Numbered from the whole stretch's first letter, positions 23,590 through 37,036 are shown. The stretch is DNA of 50,683 nt, filler included, from Jimgerdemannia flammicorona (GCA_003990765.1; 2 parts of 2 records of this genome joined end to end with filler, not necessarily neighbours in it); one strand, 5' to 3'. Translations and numbers: made by a program. Notes: generated from the letters alone by a model not told the origin.

Positions 23590-24211
23590 ATTTTTTTTTT
23601 TTTTTTATAATTAATAATAAAATATAGCTCATTATATTATACTATAAATATATACTATAATAATAAAGAATAGGTCTTCTGTAAGCTTACTAGTCTTACT
23701 ACTATTGATACTAATATTAAAACTAAGTACTATAAGTTAATTTATATTCTTTATAAAGATCTACTCTATAAACTTTAATATAAAATAATATAGTCAGTTT
23801 TTTTGGAATAACTACTACCTCTTTGACTTCTCTTATATATATATTTCAAAAAGGTCATAAAACTTCTATATTTTTAATTGAGCCCTAAACCAATATTACT
23901 AATACATAATCTCATAGTCTAAAAAATACTATTATAGATTAGAGATTTATCATTTAAGATCTCATTACTAGTATTCTGAGCTAACTCTAGTATAGCAGAC
24001 CTTGATCTTATATATATATAAATTACTATTATCTTATAAGTTAGTTATTACTAAATACTCTATAGAGATCTATAATAAAGCAAAGTTATTTACCACTAAA
24101 GATCTTAATAAAGTTATATATTTTGAGATAATCTATCACTATAAAGTTTCAACTGAGATATTATATACTTATTTGATATTACTTATGCTTATATAGATGA
24201 GATTATAAGCT

Positions 24212-24215
<4 letters not shown>
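23590..24215 (-). pseudogene. IS607-family serine recombinase (TnpA-like), decayed
   Basis: KVCYTRVSS (catalytic YARVS, 23977-23997), DLK**I, SNIGLGLN*K (SDIGSGLNWK, ~23872-23900), EVKEVVV, KLTEDLFFIIIV (ELAEDLLSIITV, ~23655-23690); N-terminal YNISVETL resembling a MerR-type HTH. Confidence 0.75.
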
Positions 24216-24247
<32 letters not shown>

Positions 24248-25302
24248 TTGCTCAGAAATATATAATATATATTATAAGTTACTTATATATTTGAATATAT
24301 TTAATATAAAAGCCAAACAACTATTACTTATCAATCTATAAGTTTATATAAAAAGTGTGGTTTATTCTGAAATATTCAGAAATACTATAATAATAATACT
24401 ATAAGAATATTTTTAACAAAAAAAAGAAAAAAAAAAAAGTTAATATATTTAAATTAATTTTTTTAATCAAATCGAATTGAAATATTATGAGCATTAATTA
24501 TCACCCTATATAACCATTTTAATTTTTGTTGGAATAAATAGAATAAATAGCAGATTAAATATTATTAAAATCTGTATAATCAAAAAAGATAAGATTGTAT
24601 AGATTATACAAACTGAATATTCTATCTTAATATAATTTGCCTGCTTTATAAATCTTTACTCTTTATTATAAACTCGATACTTTGCATACCTATGTATTTA
24701 AATGTACTCAGCTCAATGTATTGTTTTACCAAGCAACACTGACCACTACAATACAACCCCATATGGACGATCCTCCCCGTGCGAATATGCCAGGACGGTT
24801 AAAGTGGATGCCGTTGCTCTCGTGAATAGGTGTTTGAGATACACCAACTCACCAGGCTTGTTTATATTTCTAATTCCGTCGGTCCGACGCCTTATTTCCT
24901 TGATTTGCTGGCAGGGAATGAGCAATTATTGCAAGGGATCAACGTTGCCTGTGCCTTCACATGTCACGGTGGCCGGAACTGTTCCGACCAGCAGGCAAGC
25001 GGGGCTGCCCAATCACATGTTGAAGGTCATACACTTCAAAAATAAAATATCTCACCCATCGACACCTCTCTACAACCCTCACGTCCCCTCACGTCCCCCT
25101 TACCTCCTCCCCTTACATCTTCCCATACTCTTTTACACCCACCTTTAATACCATCATGGTACGCTGTCTTTAAGCGGTAGTATCTAGTCATCAACTTTCG
25201 TGTTGTTACAGTTACAGTGAACTGATTCCTTTTCTCCCTCCCCTTTGGCAGATTTCTTTCGAAGGCCTCAACATTTACGACACGTAGGTCCCCCCCCCCC
25301 CC

Positions 25303-25402
25303 NNNNNNNNNNNNNNNNNNNNNNNNNNNNNNNNNNNNNNNNNNNNTTAATTAATTAANNNNNNNNNNNNNNNNNNNNNNNNNNNNNNNNNNNNNNNNNN
25401 NN
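25303..25402. other. Artificial assembly linker/gap
   Basis: 44 N + TTAATTAATTAA (stops in all six frames) + 44 N = 100 bp. Confidence 0.95.
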
Positions 25403-25603
25403 TGAACCAATAATTTTTTTTTTTTAGATTTTTTTTTAAAGATAAAATAAAAATTTAAAAACAATAAATTTAATATTTTTAAATATCTCTAATATAAAAC
25501 TATAATATATTATAATATAAAATATATTTATTTAGAGTATTTTTATTTAAATAATTAAAATATAAAATTTAATAAAACATTGGTTCAGTTTTGGAACATA
25601 CTG
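25403..25603. mobile_element. Tc1/mariner-type MITE, left TIR cut by the gap
   Basis: Right end cattggttcagttttggaacatactg followed by TA; its reverse complement (..tgaaccaat) reappears at 25403; AT-rich interior; inserted in retroposon copy 3. Confidence 0.6.
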
Positions 25604-26067
25604 TAATAGCTATCTCCCCTCCTATCTTAATAATATCTAAAAAACAGTCACCTATATCAAAACTGTGCTTGCTGGAAAGCTCACCAAAGCCAGAGGGCCC
25701 CACTATAGGTACTAAGGACCTGCAGGTAATCTATACTAGATACTTGATACCTAAGGTCAGCTGACTCTCTACATAACCTATGATACTCTAAGACAATATC
25801 TTGTTAGTGACAGCAAAAGAAAGAAGATACTACACTAAATGAGTATATTCCAGATGCAGCTGAAGGTACTAGAATCTGCAAAAAAGTGGAGAAGACACCA
25901 ATCTGACACTGATAAAAGAGTAACTTATCACCATTGCCCTCCTCCCACCATGCCCCTGCAGGCACAGCAAACCAACCCAAGATAGAGGGGGTAATAATAG
26001 GAGAAAGGGGACTCAGAAGGTTGTCTACCAAACCTTGTGACTGGTAAGGTAGTGGAGAAAGGAGCTG
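25604..26067 (-). mobile_element. Non-autonomous retroposon, copy 3 (5' part)
   Basis: Colinear with 10501-10965 and ends at the same ggagaaaggagctg sequence. Confidence 0.85.
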
Positions 26068-29000
26068 TTCTTCTCTATTTCAATTCTTCATACAGTATAA
26101 TCTGATATTTGAAGTGTTTACCAAATAAGGAGAGTTCTCCATATATTAAATACAAAATCAGTATTGGCAAATCTGGACTTCCAATTACCATAACTGAATA
26201 AGACAACAAAGTTGATCTCACTGATCTTTATATGTAATTCCCACTGACATTGGTATAATGGTGATATACTGGCGGTTCTATGTTTGAAATTTAAATCTGA
26301 TCATTTATTCTATTCTTTATACATTTCTTAGCTTCATCCCCAATTCGAGTTGTGCGTCCTTGGAGTTATATATATATCAAGAAAATTGTCACCTCTACCA
26401 ATGCCGACCGCCTCCAGCCTTTATCTGATAGGATAGATAAAACCGAGAATCAGACAGCGGAGAAGGCGCGGGTGTAACGAAACGCAAATATGCGGCAACA
26501 GGCAGATCTTTCTAACTTTTGTTGGTTATAGATATTTCTTTGTCCGAGCACTCAAATGTATTGTGGTTACAAGAAATTCTAAATTTCAGCCTCTCAGCCC
26601 GAAAATACCACAAGTACTATTCCAATAAGCCCACTTCTCTGGAATTAGCATTCTCCCGTGCACAGCTCTCAATTCCAGATATATATAAAATACCAGCTGA
26701 ATTACCATTCATATTCATGAGCTATATCCAGTGTAGCCCTGCTGATGCTCATTCATTTCAGCACGAAAATAATTTACCAGTAGCAGAATACCGGCATCGG
26801 CGCTTACATTGTACATGGAATTCCTTGACGAGTAACCTCACCTCGGCCTCGTATTCCCCATGTGCAGCGGGATATATTTGTCAGGCACGCTTAATTCGTT
26901 CAATTTCATCACATCCACGTGGCCGATTTGATCGCCTTTCGATTTGTGCGTAATTAATCTTTCGGTGGACATGTTGGCTCAAATCGTATGCGGATACAAG
27001 ATTGCCTCATGCTGAGATCTATAAGTACCGCGAGAGAAGTACCATCTATGGTGACAATGTTCACGATGACGTAAAAGGTTCTCTTTCGTTGAGTGCTGAA
27101 GAAAATAAGGTATCCGAAATGTGATGTCTGATGTAAGTTGGTTGTGGAAATGGCACCTTAAAACCTATCTCTATTAACACGTTCTTCTCATTGAATTGAA
27201 TTCACAGGCGACCTGCCCCTCGTACTTTCCCGTCACCAACGTCATACATCAAGAGTTTATTGTACATCGGCATTCATGTACGTCTGTCACCCATCTTCCC
27301 ATTTTTATCACTCACATGCACCTCTGGAGACTAATTCAGTCGTAGGAAGATTGAGAAATTCGGAAGAAGTCAGTTTTTTGTATCGCGAGCAATAGATCGC
27401 AACTTTTGGCCAGAATCTTTGGAAGTCCCGCTCTACTTGAATTCACAAAAAGTAATCAAGTACAGCCAATAAAGTGACATATGGTAGAATGTTGACAAGT
27501 AACTGAAGCATTGCAAATACAATTATTGGCGAGGGAAAACTGTGTAGCTACGACATTCGAAAATAATCTGTAGAAAGGTTACCATTTATCGTCGTATTGT
27601 AGGTATTCAAACTAGATAATCTGCAAATTTAACAATGCCAAGCATTACTATAATCAGGGAAAATAAACTTATGGTTTACCCTTATTTACGTTATTTGCAT
27701 TGTGCTAAATGACCAAACTTTGCAACCATCGGTTATGGGCCAAATGACATCGGCAAACGTAAAATTTGAAAAACTGAGCGCTATGTTATCACAAAACTAA
27801 CCTGTAAAATTCTGTTACCGGGGTTTGGCTAACCTCTCACCCTGTTGAATGGCGCAGAAATGGTCAAAAAATTCTGTAGATGTACGCTGCCAAAATATGC
27901 TAAAGTTACGACCTGTGCCCTCAAATCAATGAAAACGACGCATCACGCAGCTGAAAATAATGCTCATTCATTTTACACATATGCGACATCAAACTGGATG
28001 AGCGTATTATTCTGCTCCAGAGACTTGGCCAGAGAAACGACTCTCTGTTACCAAAGGTATTTTTGCTAAACACATGAATGATAAAAAAATGCACAGACCA
28101 TCAGTTGGAGCCGACATTTGGCTCGATCAAGGTTGCGTTTTACTTCAGAGACGGCTAGGGCGAGTGATCTCTTTCTGGAAATTCTTTTCTCTGAACATGG
28201 AAAATGATTAAACGACATAGGCTCCTAGCTCAATCTCACAAACAATTTTTTATTCAGTGTTGCTGCTATGCTTCTGCGATTCCGATCGGTCAAAGCCTTG
28301 TTCCGCTTCAGATACTTGGCTAGAGCTCGGGCTCCCTCATTGTCTATGTTGTTTACTGTCCACGTCCAAGTAATGATTAAATATACAAGACCGTCCGCTA
28401 GTCCACATCAAGCAAAGGTTCACTCAGTTCAAACATACATCTGATATTCAACTTGGCCAGGTTCGTGTTCTGGCTTAGAGCCTCATCAAGGTCGCGGGCT
28501 ACTTTTGTTTGAAAAGAAGTGATAAGCAAACACGCAGCTGATCTCTTCAAGTAGCTGCAAATAGTGATTACTAATTTCGACTTACATTCAATATTCAGTC
28601 GATTCAGGCCTTGTATTGCTTCAGAGATTCAACAGGGGCGCCGGCTTCATGCAGCTGCAAACTATGATACACACAGTTCTGAATTTCGAGATTCCGCTCA
28701 ATCAAGGTCGCATTGGCTCGGGTAGAGCGAGTGCAAACTCTTTACTCGAAAATGACAGTGGCGATAACACAGCACAGACTGTTAGACAGATTTCATGTTG
28801 GTGAAATACCTTTGAAATTCAGCTCGGTATACTTCAAAGACTCTCTGTTCATTCATATAGTAGTATGTTGGAATAAATTGATCATCCTACAGGATGGTAT
28901 CATCTGTCTCATATACTGAATATAGTGTTGATGGGTAGAAAGAGGGTGTATCATCTTTACTTTCATCAGATTTGCTATCAGTATATCTTTGGTAGATTAC

Positions 29001-29519
29001 AGTACTGTATATCACAGAGTTATAGTATGCTGGCAGTTGTTCTTCATATTGCTTATACTTGAGGGGTGGTGTTATTGATTTTATTTTGAGAGTTGTCTGG
29101 AGATACAGATTGTGTTCTTCTGTTTCTTTATTATAATTGAAGTAGTTGGGTGTAAATACAGATTAGTACTTATACCAGTAGTTGTTATCTCAATAGGTCT
29201 TATAAATGATTATAAACCATTGTAAGTTTATTAATAAGATTGGCAGAGTGATCAGAGCAGGTAGAGATCCTTAGCTAGAAGATATCTTGGTGTTAGAGGG
29301 ATTGTTGTCTTCTGCTTTATAATTGTTGAACTAGATTATATTATAGATATTCTTTATAGCATATTCAACTTGAGATATTTGTAAGATATAGTTATCTGGA
29401 TATAGGAAGGGTCTGTCTGTAGTTTGGATATATTCAATATATTTCTAGTTGAGTTTTTTTTTTTTTTTTTATAGTCACTTGAACTCCACCTTTATTACCA
29501 GTCTATGAATAAATATACA

Positions 29520-32500
29520 TCATTCTGACCCACTATCCAATCCCCACTGGGGGGCCCCTCCCTACTTCCTCACAAATGAAATTCACCCTTTCACCAATTA
29601 CCCCAACTCTTCCCCCACTTTGCCCACAGATTTTCTCCACCAAGTGGCACCTCCGACCACTCCGCATCCCCCAGCCCAGTCACCAGCCTGTTAAGGTGTC
29701 TTCCATAAGCCTATGCCATTGCAGCAGCTGGTCCCCCAAGTGCTGTCTCCTCCCATCCTCAAAAACAAATAGTCAATGACTGGCCAGCCCCACCCAAATA
29801 GCTAAAGCCCAACCTAAAGTAAGCCACTCCTTCTCTATCCCCCCTACCAATCTATTCCTCAAGTCCTCCCACTGCCCCTGTACTTCATCACCCCTACCCC
29901 GGACCCCTAAGCGATCCCCAATTATCTGCCAAAAATCCCCCAATATCTCACACTCTCCTAGCCAATGTTCTGATGTCTGAATGTAACCCCCCTCCTGCCC
30001 TACATTATAGCACTCCTCACAGTCAAAGCAACCCCCTACAACAAGGTGCCCTGAGTGAAAGTTGAGCATAATGTTCCTCCACAGCATACACCACCAGACC
30101 ACCCAGTACTTTGGTAGCAGCCACACTCTCACTGCAGCACTCCAGGTCCAAACACCATGCCAGTTCCACTCTTCGCCAATTCCAACTTCTTGCCAACTGC
30201 TAGGCCACAGATCCTGGCCTGGTCCCCTTTGGCATTCCATTCCATCACCAATGTCGAACTCAGCTAAAGGAGCGCCACTCAGCAGTATATGATCCCATCT
30301 CCACATTGCTGGGTCCCAGTCCTCCTTGCCTTCATTCCCCTGCCAATGAATACCAATATGGTGCACTCCTTCTGCAATCCCCCACCAAAATCCTTTATAT
30401 CGTAGTTGGGCAGTGTTCTGAAGCCCAACTAAGGAGAGGAGATCGCCAGTTGAGCCCCTTGGCGATGCTCACCTCTCCCATATCTTCTGTAACAGAGGAA
30501 CCCATCCACCTCCTCTCAACTCCACCGCTCTCTTCAGCCACCATGCTCTCAAGCAGTGTAACCATTTTGGGAAGTCAACCAGCCCAAGGCCGCCTCTTGC
30601 CACTGGTAGAGACAAGGTCTCCCAACTAATTTGGCTCTGCCTGCCAGCCCAAATTCATTCCTTCGCCGACTTCATCAATCTCTTCACTATCCAGGCTGGG
30701 AAGTCCAGATGATATGCTAGGTACCATAACTTTGACAGCCAGTAGACATTCAAAACTGAGACCTGCCCTACCAGAGAAAAATGTCTTCCCCCCCAACTCC
30801 ACAGAGCCTCCTCCCAGATTCCAATCCTCTGCTCCCACCAAAGCTTGGGCAGAACTGACCCATAGACTGACAAGTAGATACCTAAGTACCACACTGCTTC
30901 ACCGGTGGGGACAATTGTTCCTATAACTTCCCCTCCCACCAGGCCATTACCAAGCACCATCATCTCACACTTATGCCAGTTCAGCTTAGCTCCAGAATGC
31001 TCCTCATACCACTCCACAGTCCTCTTGAGCTCCTCAACATCTGCAATTGAACCCAAACCCACCACCATGTTATCAGCAAAGGCTCCAACCTTCCATCCTA
31101 TGCCAAAGACAGAGAGCCCCACTATCCTCCGCCTAATTTGATCCATAAGCGGTTCCAGGGAAAGAGCATACAAAATGGGAGACAACGAATCCCCCTGGGG
31201 CACCCCCCTACCCAAGGGGAATGCTACCCCTCTATGTCCATTACACATGAGTGCAGCCCTACTCCCTTCCAATAGGCTGACCATTGTTGACTGGAATTGA
31301 TGTGGTACCCCCATTCTATCCAAAACTTTCTCCAGCCAGACTCTTCACACTCGGTCATATGCCTTCTCCTGGTCCAAGAAGACTAGATGCCCATCCAGTC
31401 CACAGGCTCTTGCCCCTTCGATAATGCCATGCACCCAGGCAGTGCCATCCCTGATGAGCCGACCACCCACAAAGCCCCTCTGCTTAACACCCACAACTTG
31501 CTGGGCCACCTTCTATAGTCTCACTACCACCACCTTAGTTACCAACTTTCTGTCCATATCTAGCAACATTATCAGCCACCAGTTCTTCCAATCCTCCCAC
31601 CTTTCTTTGCTTTTGTAAAGCAGTGTTACCAGTCCAAGGTCCTGTTCCCCCACCCACCTCCCTGTCTGTAGAATAAGGTTATACAATGCCATCATCTCTC
31701 CCATCACCCCTGGGACTCCAACCATTCGCTTCCAAAAGTCCCAGGGCAGACCATCCTCCCCAGGTGCCATACCGGGCATTGTCATGGTAAGAACCTGGTG
31801 GATCTCATCCTCCTGTACAGGTATCACCAGGTCCCCTAGCCCTTCGACTTGTGGTGGGTGCCAATCCTCCAATGTTCATTCAATTGTAGCAGCATCTGCC
31901 CCACCCTCCTCCTCACTCCACAATCCACTCCATCTCTCCTTCAGCGATCCAAGAATATCCTGTACACTATGCACCAGTACACCATCAGAGTCCAATACCC
32001 CTTCCCACCGTTGCTGGACCCACCTTGCCCTAAGGGCTCTTGTAAGAAGCTTGGAAGGCCTCTCTCCTTCCTCCAGATCCTGCCAGCGAAGATGTGCTGC
32101 CAAGCTCTGTACCCTTGCCTCTTCCTCCTCCCGCAGCACCTGTTGAAGTTCCCCAACCTCTATTTTCGCCCTCATTAATTGCCAATCTTCTTCTCCCTCC
32201 AACATCATCAGCCTTGCCTACTCCTCCAGGAGCCTTGTCAATCTGGTGGAGGCCCAACACACTCTTTGTTTCCACTGCTTCCCTGCCTCCTTGCCAGCCT
32301 CCCTCCAGTAAATCCTGGCCATTTCCTTCATCCTCATCTACCAGGTCCCCACTGAGGCCCCTTCCTGCCTCCAGTTCTCCACCCTCAGTTGAATGTCTTT
32401 AGCCCACTCATCCCACTGGGTCTTGTCATCTAACAAAGAGGAATTGAGGCGCTAATGTCCAGGCCTATCCCCACTTCCCCCAAAGCACCCCTGTCCCAGA

Positions 32501-33189
32501 AGCCCCCAGTGATCTGACCATGGACACCATTCCACCTCCAATAACTTCCAAACATCTAGTCCCCAGCAGCAGGCTGTCAAAATCCAGTCAATTCTAGTCC
32601 CCAGACCCCCTGCCCAATATGTATAGACCCTCCTACTCCCCCAGCACTCTCTTCCAGCATCCAATAGCGCACTTAGTCTTTCTACTTCCTCCCATGCTAT
32701 CAGTCCTCCACTCCTGCTTTCAGCACCTCGTCCTCCATCTGTTCTATCCAGCAGTGTATCCCTAACCATATTGAAATCTCCCTCAAGCACATCCACCCCA
32801 GCCTCCGCAAGTAGTCCACTCTCTTATAAGCCTTTCACCCACTCTACTCTCTCACTCCGTACCACAGGGCAGTAGCAGGAGCCAACTGTAACTGGCCCCC
32901 AGCCTGCCCAAATCCACTCTCCCCAGACCAGTCTCTCCCCTCAGCACTGCACATTCTGTATCACCCCTCTGCCTTTCCTAACCAAAATCCCAACCTTGCC
33001 CTTCCAAATCGCCACACCTCCCCATTCCTTTGTCCATTCCAACCTATCAGAGTCATCTTTGCACCAGACATCCTGCAATAGGAAGAGATCAGCCTCCAAT
33101 CCCTTTATCTAAGTAAAAATGTTCCTACATCGAGAAGTGCCCCGTAACCCATTCACATTCAAAGAGAAAATGTTGGTTGTACTGTTCAT
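29520..33189 (-). pseudogene. LINE ORF2 (APE endonuclease plus reverse transcriptase)
   Basis: IFSLNVNGL, GDFNM, SDH; APGEDGLPWDFWK, LDQEKAYDRV, GVPQGDSLSPILY, AFADNM; disrupted by stops. The 3' end is approximate. Confidence 0.9.
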
Positions 33190-33222
33190 ATTGATGATAT
33201 ATGTGATGTCGTCAATCAGCCT

Positions 33223-35247
33223 CTACTGCTCCATGCTCATCTCCTCCTGCTCCTTGTCCAAATTATGTTCCACAGCCACCTCCTCCTCTTCTGCCCTCTG
33301 AGCCTCCAATCCAGCCAGCAGTTCATTTATCTCTCCATCAGCCTTCTCCTCGAACTCCTCTCGGTATTCAATGCATGCCTCCTGCCAGAGCTATAGTCCA
33401 TGATGCTTGTTCCAGCAGTATTCAGCCCTTTCTCCAGCGATGACCGCCATCTCCTCCTCCCTCTCCTTATCCACCTCATACCCCTCCTCCTCCAGGTATA
33501 CCACAAGAATTTCTGCCTTCAATGCCTTCATTACGCCATCCCCCTGCAGTATCTCTGCCCAATGCTCATCACTCATCACTCACAAGTCTACTTCCCCCAA
33601 CTCTTCCGCCACCAGATTATTCATTATCCGGCACATCCAAAGCAAATTCCCCACCTCTTTCCCCCCTGGAGTCACTGGCCTCCCTCCATCCAGCATTGTG
33701 GTATCAGCTCCAGTACTTGCAGACTCATCCCATACTTCCGGGACATCCACCAGTTTCTCCTCGCTAGCCGCCACCACCTGTCCCTCATATGCCACCTCTG
33801 GAACTCCAAATTGCACCCTCTGGGCTCCTCGCATTGGCACATCTTCTACCACCCTATTCCGGGAAGCTGGACCATGCCTGATGAGAGGAGTAGGGGTAGG
33901 GGACCCCACCCAGTCCTCCTCCCACACCTCCAGTGTACCATTGGCATACAGGTCCTTCCCAGCCTTCTTCTTGTCCTCTCTCGCCTCCTACTTGTCCTTC
34001 CCCTCCCCCTTGCCGGCCCAGACACTTGCTTCAGCTCCCCCAGTGCCCTTCACCTTGCTTGCCTCCCCCAGTGGTCTGCTATCCAGCTTGGCCAGCAACT
34101 CCTTCTATCTCTTATACCCCTGAGCCCTTTCCCACTGCTCCTTGGTCACTCAAATCCACTTTTCATCCACCACCTCCAAGTGTGTCACCTCCACAAAAGC
34201 CTCCCAAGCCTTCGCTCTCCTCTCTATAGCACTACCCAACTCCTCTAGTGCTTTCAATAAATCCTCCTCCTCCTCCTCACTTTCCTTCACCCTTGTCACC
34301 TTACACAGGATCGCTCCCCAGACCATCGCTGAAGGCCAATCCCTTGCCTTTCCAGTGGCTTCTCTCCTAGCCAGCTGAATCCTCACATCTACATCACCAG
34401 TCCTGAGCGAGGTCCCTTCCCAGACCCTGAACCCAATATCCACCATCTTGCTATATTCTGCCATAAAATCCTCAACTCTCTTCCTTGTCTCCATCACTGT
34501 CACCATCGGCACTCCTTTCACCAGCAGTTGGACCACCCTGGAGTCCCACTTCAGACACTATGCTATTGGAACACACATCTCTCCAACCATCAATCCAACC
34601 TTCAGCGCCTCCTCCAGTGGTGCCTCCTCCTCAAAACCCACCTCTACTCCTTCCAGTCCCTTCAAAAACTTCACAGACACTGCTCCTGCCACCTGCTTAG
34701 CGATGAGCCCCAGCATCATTTTTGCTGTCACCGCCAGGCCCCAGAAGCATAGTGTGACCACAAATGCTGAAATCAATTTCTTGAGTAATGGGGCCACCGC
34801 CAGACCTGTTACACCATCCGCCAAGTCTCCTTGTCTTCTAAGCCTCAGCCACTCAGCCTCGCCATCAGCCGTCACATCTGGATTTTTTTCCAGATCGACA
34901 GTCCCACCACCATCAGCAGTCACACCCCCCCCAGCCACTACTCCCCCAGCTCCACTGCCCCCCCTTCTAAGAGCCGCTCCCCCCGGTACTGTTGCCTTCT
35001 CGGTCTCCTTGCCTTTCCTTAGCCAGCCCTCCAGCCCTGACACCTGCTGTCTCTCCTTCACCATCTCCGCAAAGCTTGTCCTCCCAGAACCTGATCCTCT
35101 ACCACCTCCTCCACCCCTTCTATGTCCACCCACCAGCAGGCCCCTCATACCTCCCCCCAGGCCTGGACCCCTCCCCACCTGCTGTCAGTCGAAAGCACTT
35201 GGGCCACCCTGCCCAGTATGCACCTCAGGTTGCCTGTTGGTTGCCAT
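33223..35247 (-). pseudogene. LINE ORF1 (~675 codons)
   Basis: Starts MATNRQPEV; Gly-rich N-terminus; ORF-track pieces 34558-35178, 34150-34536 and 33580-33927; homologous to the copy at ~43985-46000. Confidence 0.75.
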
Positions 35248-35872
35248 ATTGTTAGTCTCTTTATGCCAAAAACGATGTCGAAAGTGCCTTCCAAAGGTTG
35301 TGTAACCTGAATGGTACTGGAAAGAGATGTGCTATTTCTAGTTGAGTTCTTATACCATATCATTAATTTGGCCATAGGTCAGAGTAGTAACTATTTCAGC
35401 AGTAATAACTCAGAGGTAAGAAATAAAGATACTATACTTATAAAAGAGTTTTTAGTATTTATATGTAATGAGTTTTTGGTGTTGAGCTATTTTGGTAATA
35501 TCTGAATTATAGTGATAGTTAACCATATCCTTAAGAAGACAGCTGATCTGATAGTAGTTTGAGATTTATTCAATTTGGTGGACCTTGTTAAGTATGTTCA
35601 GAGTATTTCATCAGGCTTTTATAAATAGAGAGATTCTAGGCTATAGATATTTATGAGAGGTAAGAATACTATGATTTAGTTAATAATGATATTCCAAATA
35701 TCAGTACAGATGTAGTTATAGACTTCAGTGATTATAACTAGATACATATATATTTGAGAGTTATAGTTGTTATTTGATTATTATAGTTCTTTATTTTAGT
35801 ATATTATATATCTGGTATATATGCTTTCAATCTTAATTAGTAAGATTTTATTTTTATATATCTTATATTTCA

Positions 35873-35996
35873 TAACTTTAAGTTGACTCAGCTTCATAAT
35901 TTGTAACTTTAGTTTAACTCAGCTTTGTAATCTGTAACTTTGGTTTGACTCAGCTTTATGATCTGTAACTTCAGTTTAACTCAGCTTTGTAATCTT
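35873..35996. repeat. 31 bp tandem repeat x4 (taactttagtttgactcagctttgtaatctg)
   Basis: Four adjacent units read directly. Confidence 0.9.
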
Positions 35997-36099
35997 ATAT
36001 ATAATTTCTAAATTTGTTCAAAGAGTGATATATGATTTTAGTGGCTTGAAGATTGTATACTTATACTGTCCTTGATGATACTAAAAAGAAGCCATCATA

Positions 36100-37002
36100 T
36101 ATAATATAAGGGCTTCTGGTAGAGAGTGGTAGATGAGATCTATTGGATTAAAATCTACTAGTATAATAATAAGAGAGAGGTGGTCTAAGAATTAGAGATA
36201 TAGAAGTGAAATTATCTTCTATTGAGAGACTCTCTGATAGTAGATTTTTAACTAGAGAATAGTATAGAGTATCAGTAAGAGCAGAGTAGGTATCTGTGGT
36301 CTGAGAGTTAGCAAGAGATTAAAATAAACAAAGCTTGAAACTGAGTAGATATCTGTTTATAAAGAAAGAAGGTGTTGAGATAGCTTCTGTTTAAGATCTG
36401 AATAGTATAGTGATAACTTCTATAATAGAATATGATACTGAACTTTCAGTCAGGATATTTGATAGAAGAGAGTGAAGTGATATAGAATCTGAAATATTAG
36501 TTAGAAGAGTGTGAGATATTATCAGACTTCTGATTAGCTATTGAGAGCTGGTTGGAAATACAGCCTTCAGATAGAGTAAATAGAGAGTAGTAGAATACTC
36601 TCTGGTCACAACTGAGAGAGAGTTAGCAATGAGTGACTTTCTGTAAAATAGACTCTTATAGTATAGGTAAGTCTTTCTGAATATTAGCTGTTTGTTTTTG
36701 AGAATAATCAATGGCTATCACTAGAAGTGAGGGTAATAAGATAGAAGTGGCTATTGGTAGAATTATTGAATAGGTAGTGGGCTGAGTGAGACCCTAGAGG
36801 AGTCTGTACTATAGATTAGTAGAGAGGATTTGTGTGAAGAGTAAGAGGAGAGTTCAGATAATTGAGGGGAGTAGTTAAATTCTATAAAGAAAGAGGTAAG
36901 AGCAGGTCCAATAGGAAGATTGGGTAAGAGGTGAGGCTCCACTATTATATTATATAGATATAAATTAGTCTGATAATAAATATAGAAGTCTAAGTAACTA
37001 TT

Positions 37003-37035
<33 letters not shown>
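36100..37035 (+). mobile_element. 5'-truncated LINE copy (3' end plus polyA)
   Basis: gtctgataataaatatagaagtctaagtaactat followed by polyA (~37010-37035) matches the LINE 3' end agactggtaataaaggtggagttcaagtgactat. The left boundary is approximate. Confidence 0.7.

Positions 37036-37036
<1 letters not shown>

Larger units (their letters stand above)
29456..35332 (-). mobile_element. Full-length L1/Tx1-type LINE
   Basis: PolyT to 29470 with AATAAA on the minus strand; 16 bp TSD tatttctagttgagtt at 29440-29455 and 35333-35348; two ORFs. Confidence 0.95.
28820..36030 (-). mobile_element. Decayed element D carrying the accessory ORF, split by the LINE (parts ~28820-29455 and 35333-~36030)
   Basis: The frame reads through the TSD: NYYQISCLL (35533-35559)..LITYKY*KLFYKYSIFISYL*VITAEIVTTLTYGQINDMV*ELN*KYIEYIQ. 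Outer boundaries are approximate. Confidence 0.5.

Noticed and set aside
24702..25148. 148 aa ORF (also the 144 aa ORF at 26519-26953) as a host gene
   Set aside because: No recognisable domain or protein-like composition; cannot be supported.
33400..35305. Long plus-strand ORFs (282, 238 and 285 aa)
   Set aside because: Antisense shadows of the purine-rich LINE ORF1; low-complexity Ser/Pro/Leu with no domain.
35873..35996. 31 bp repeats as a CRISPR-like array
   Set aside because: Units are directly adjacent with no unique spacers, in a eukaryotic context.
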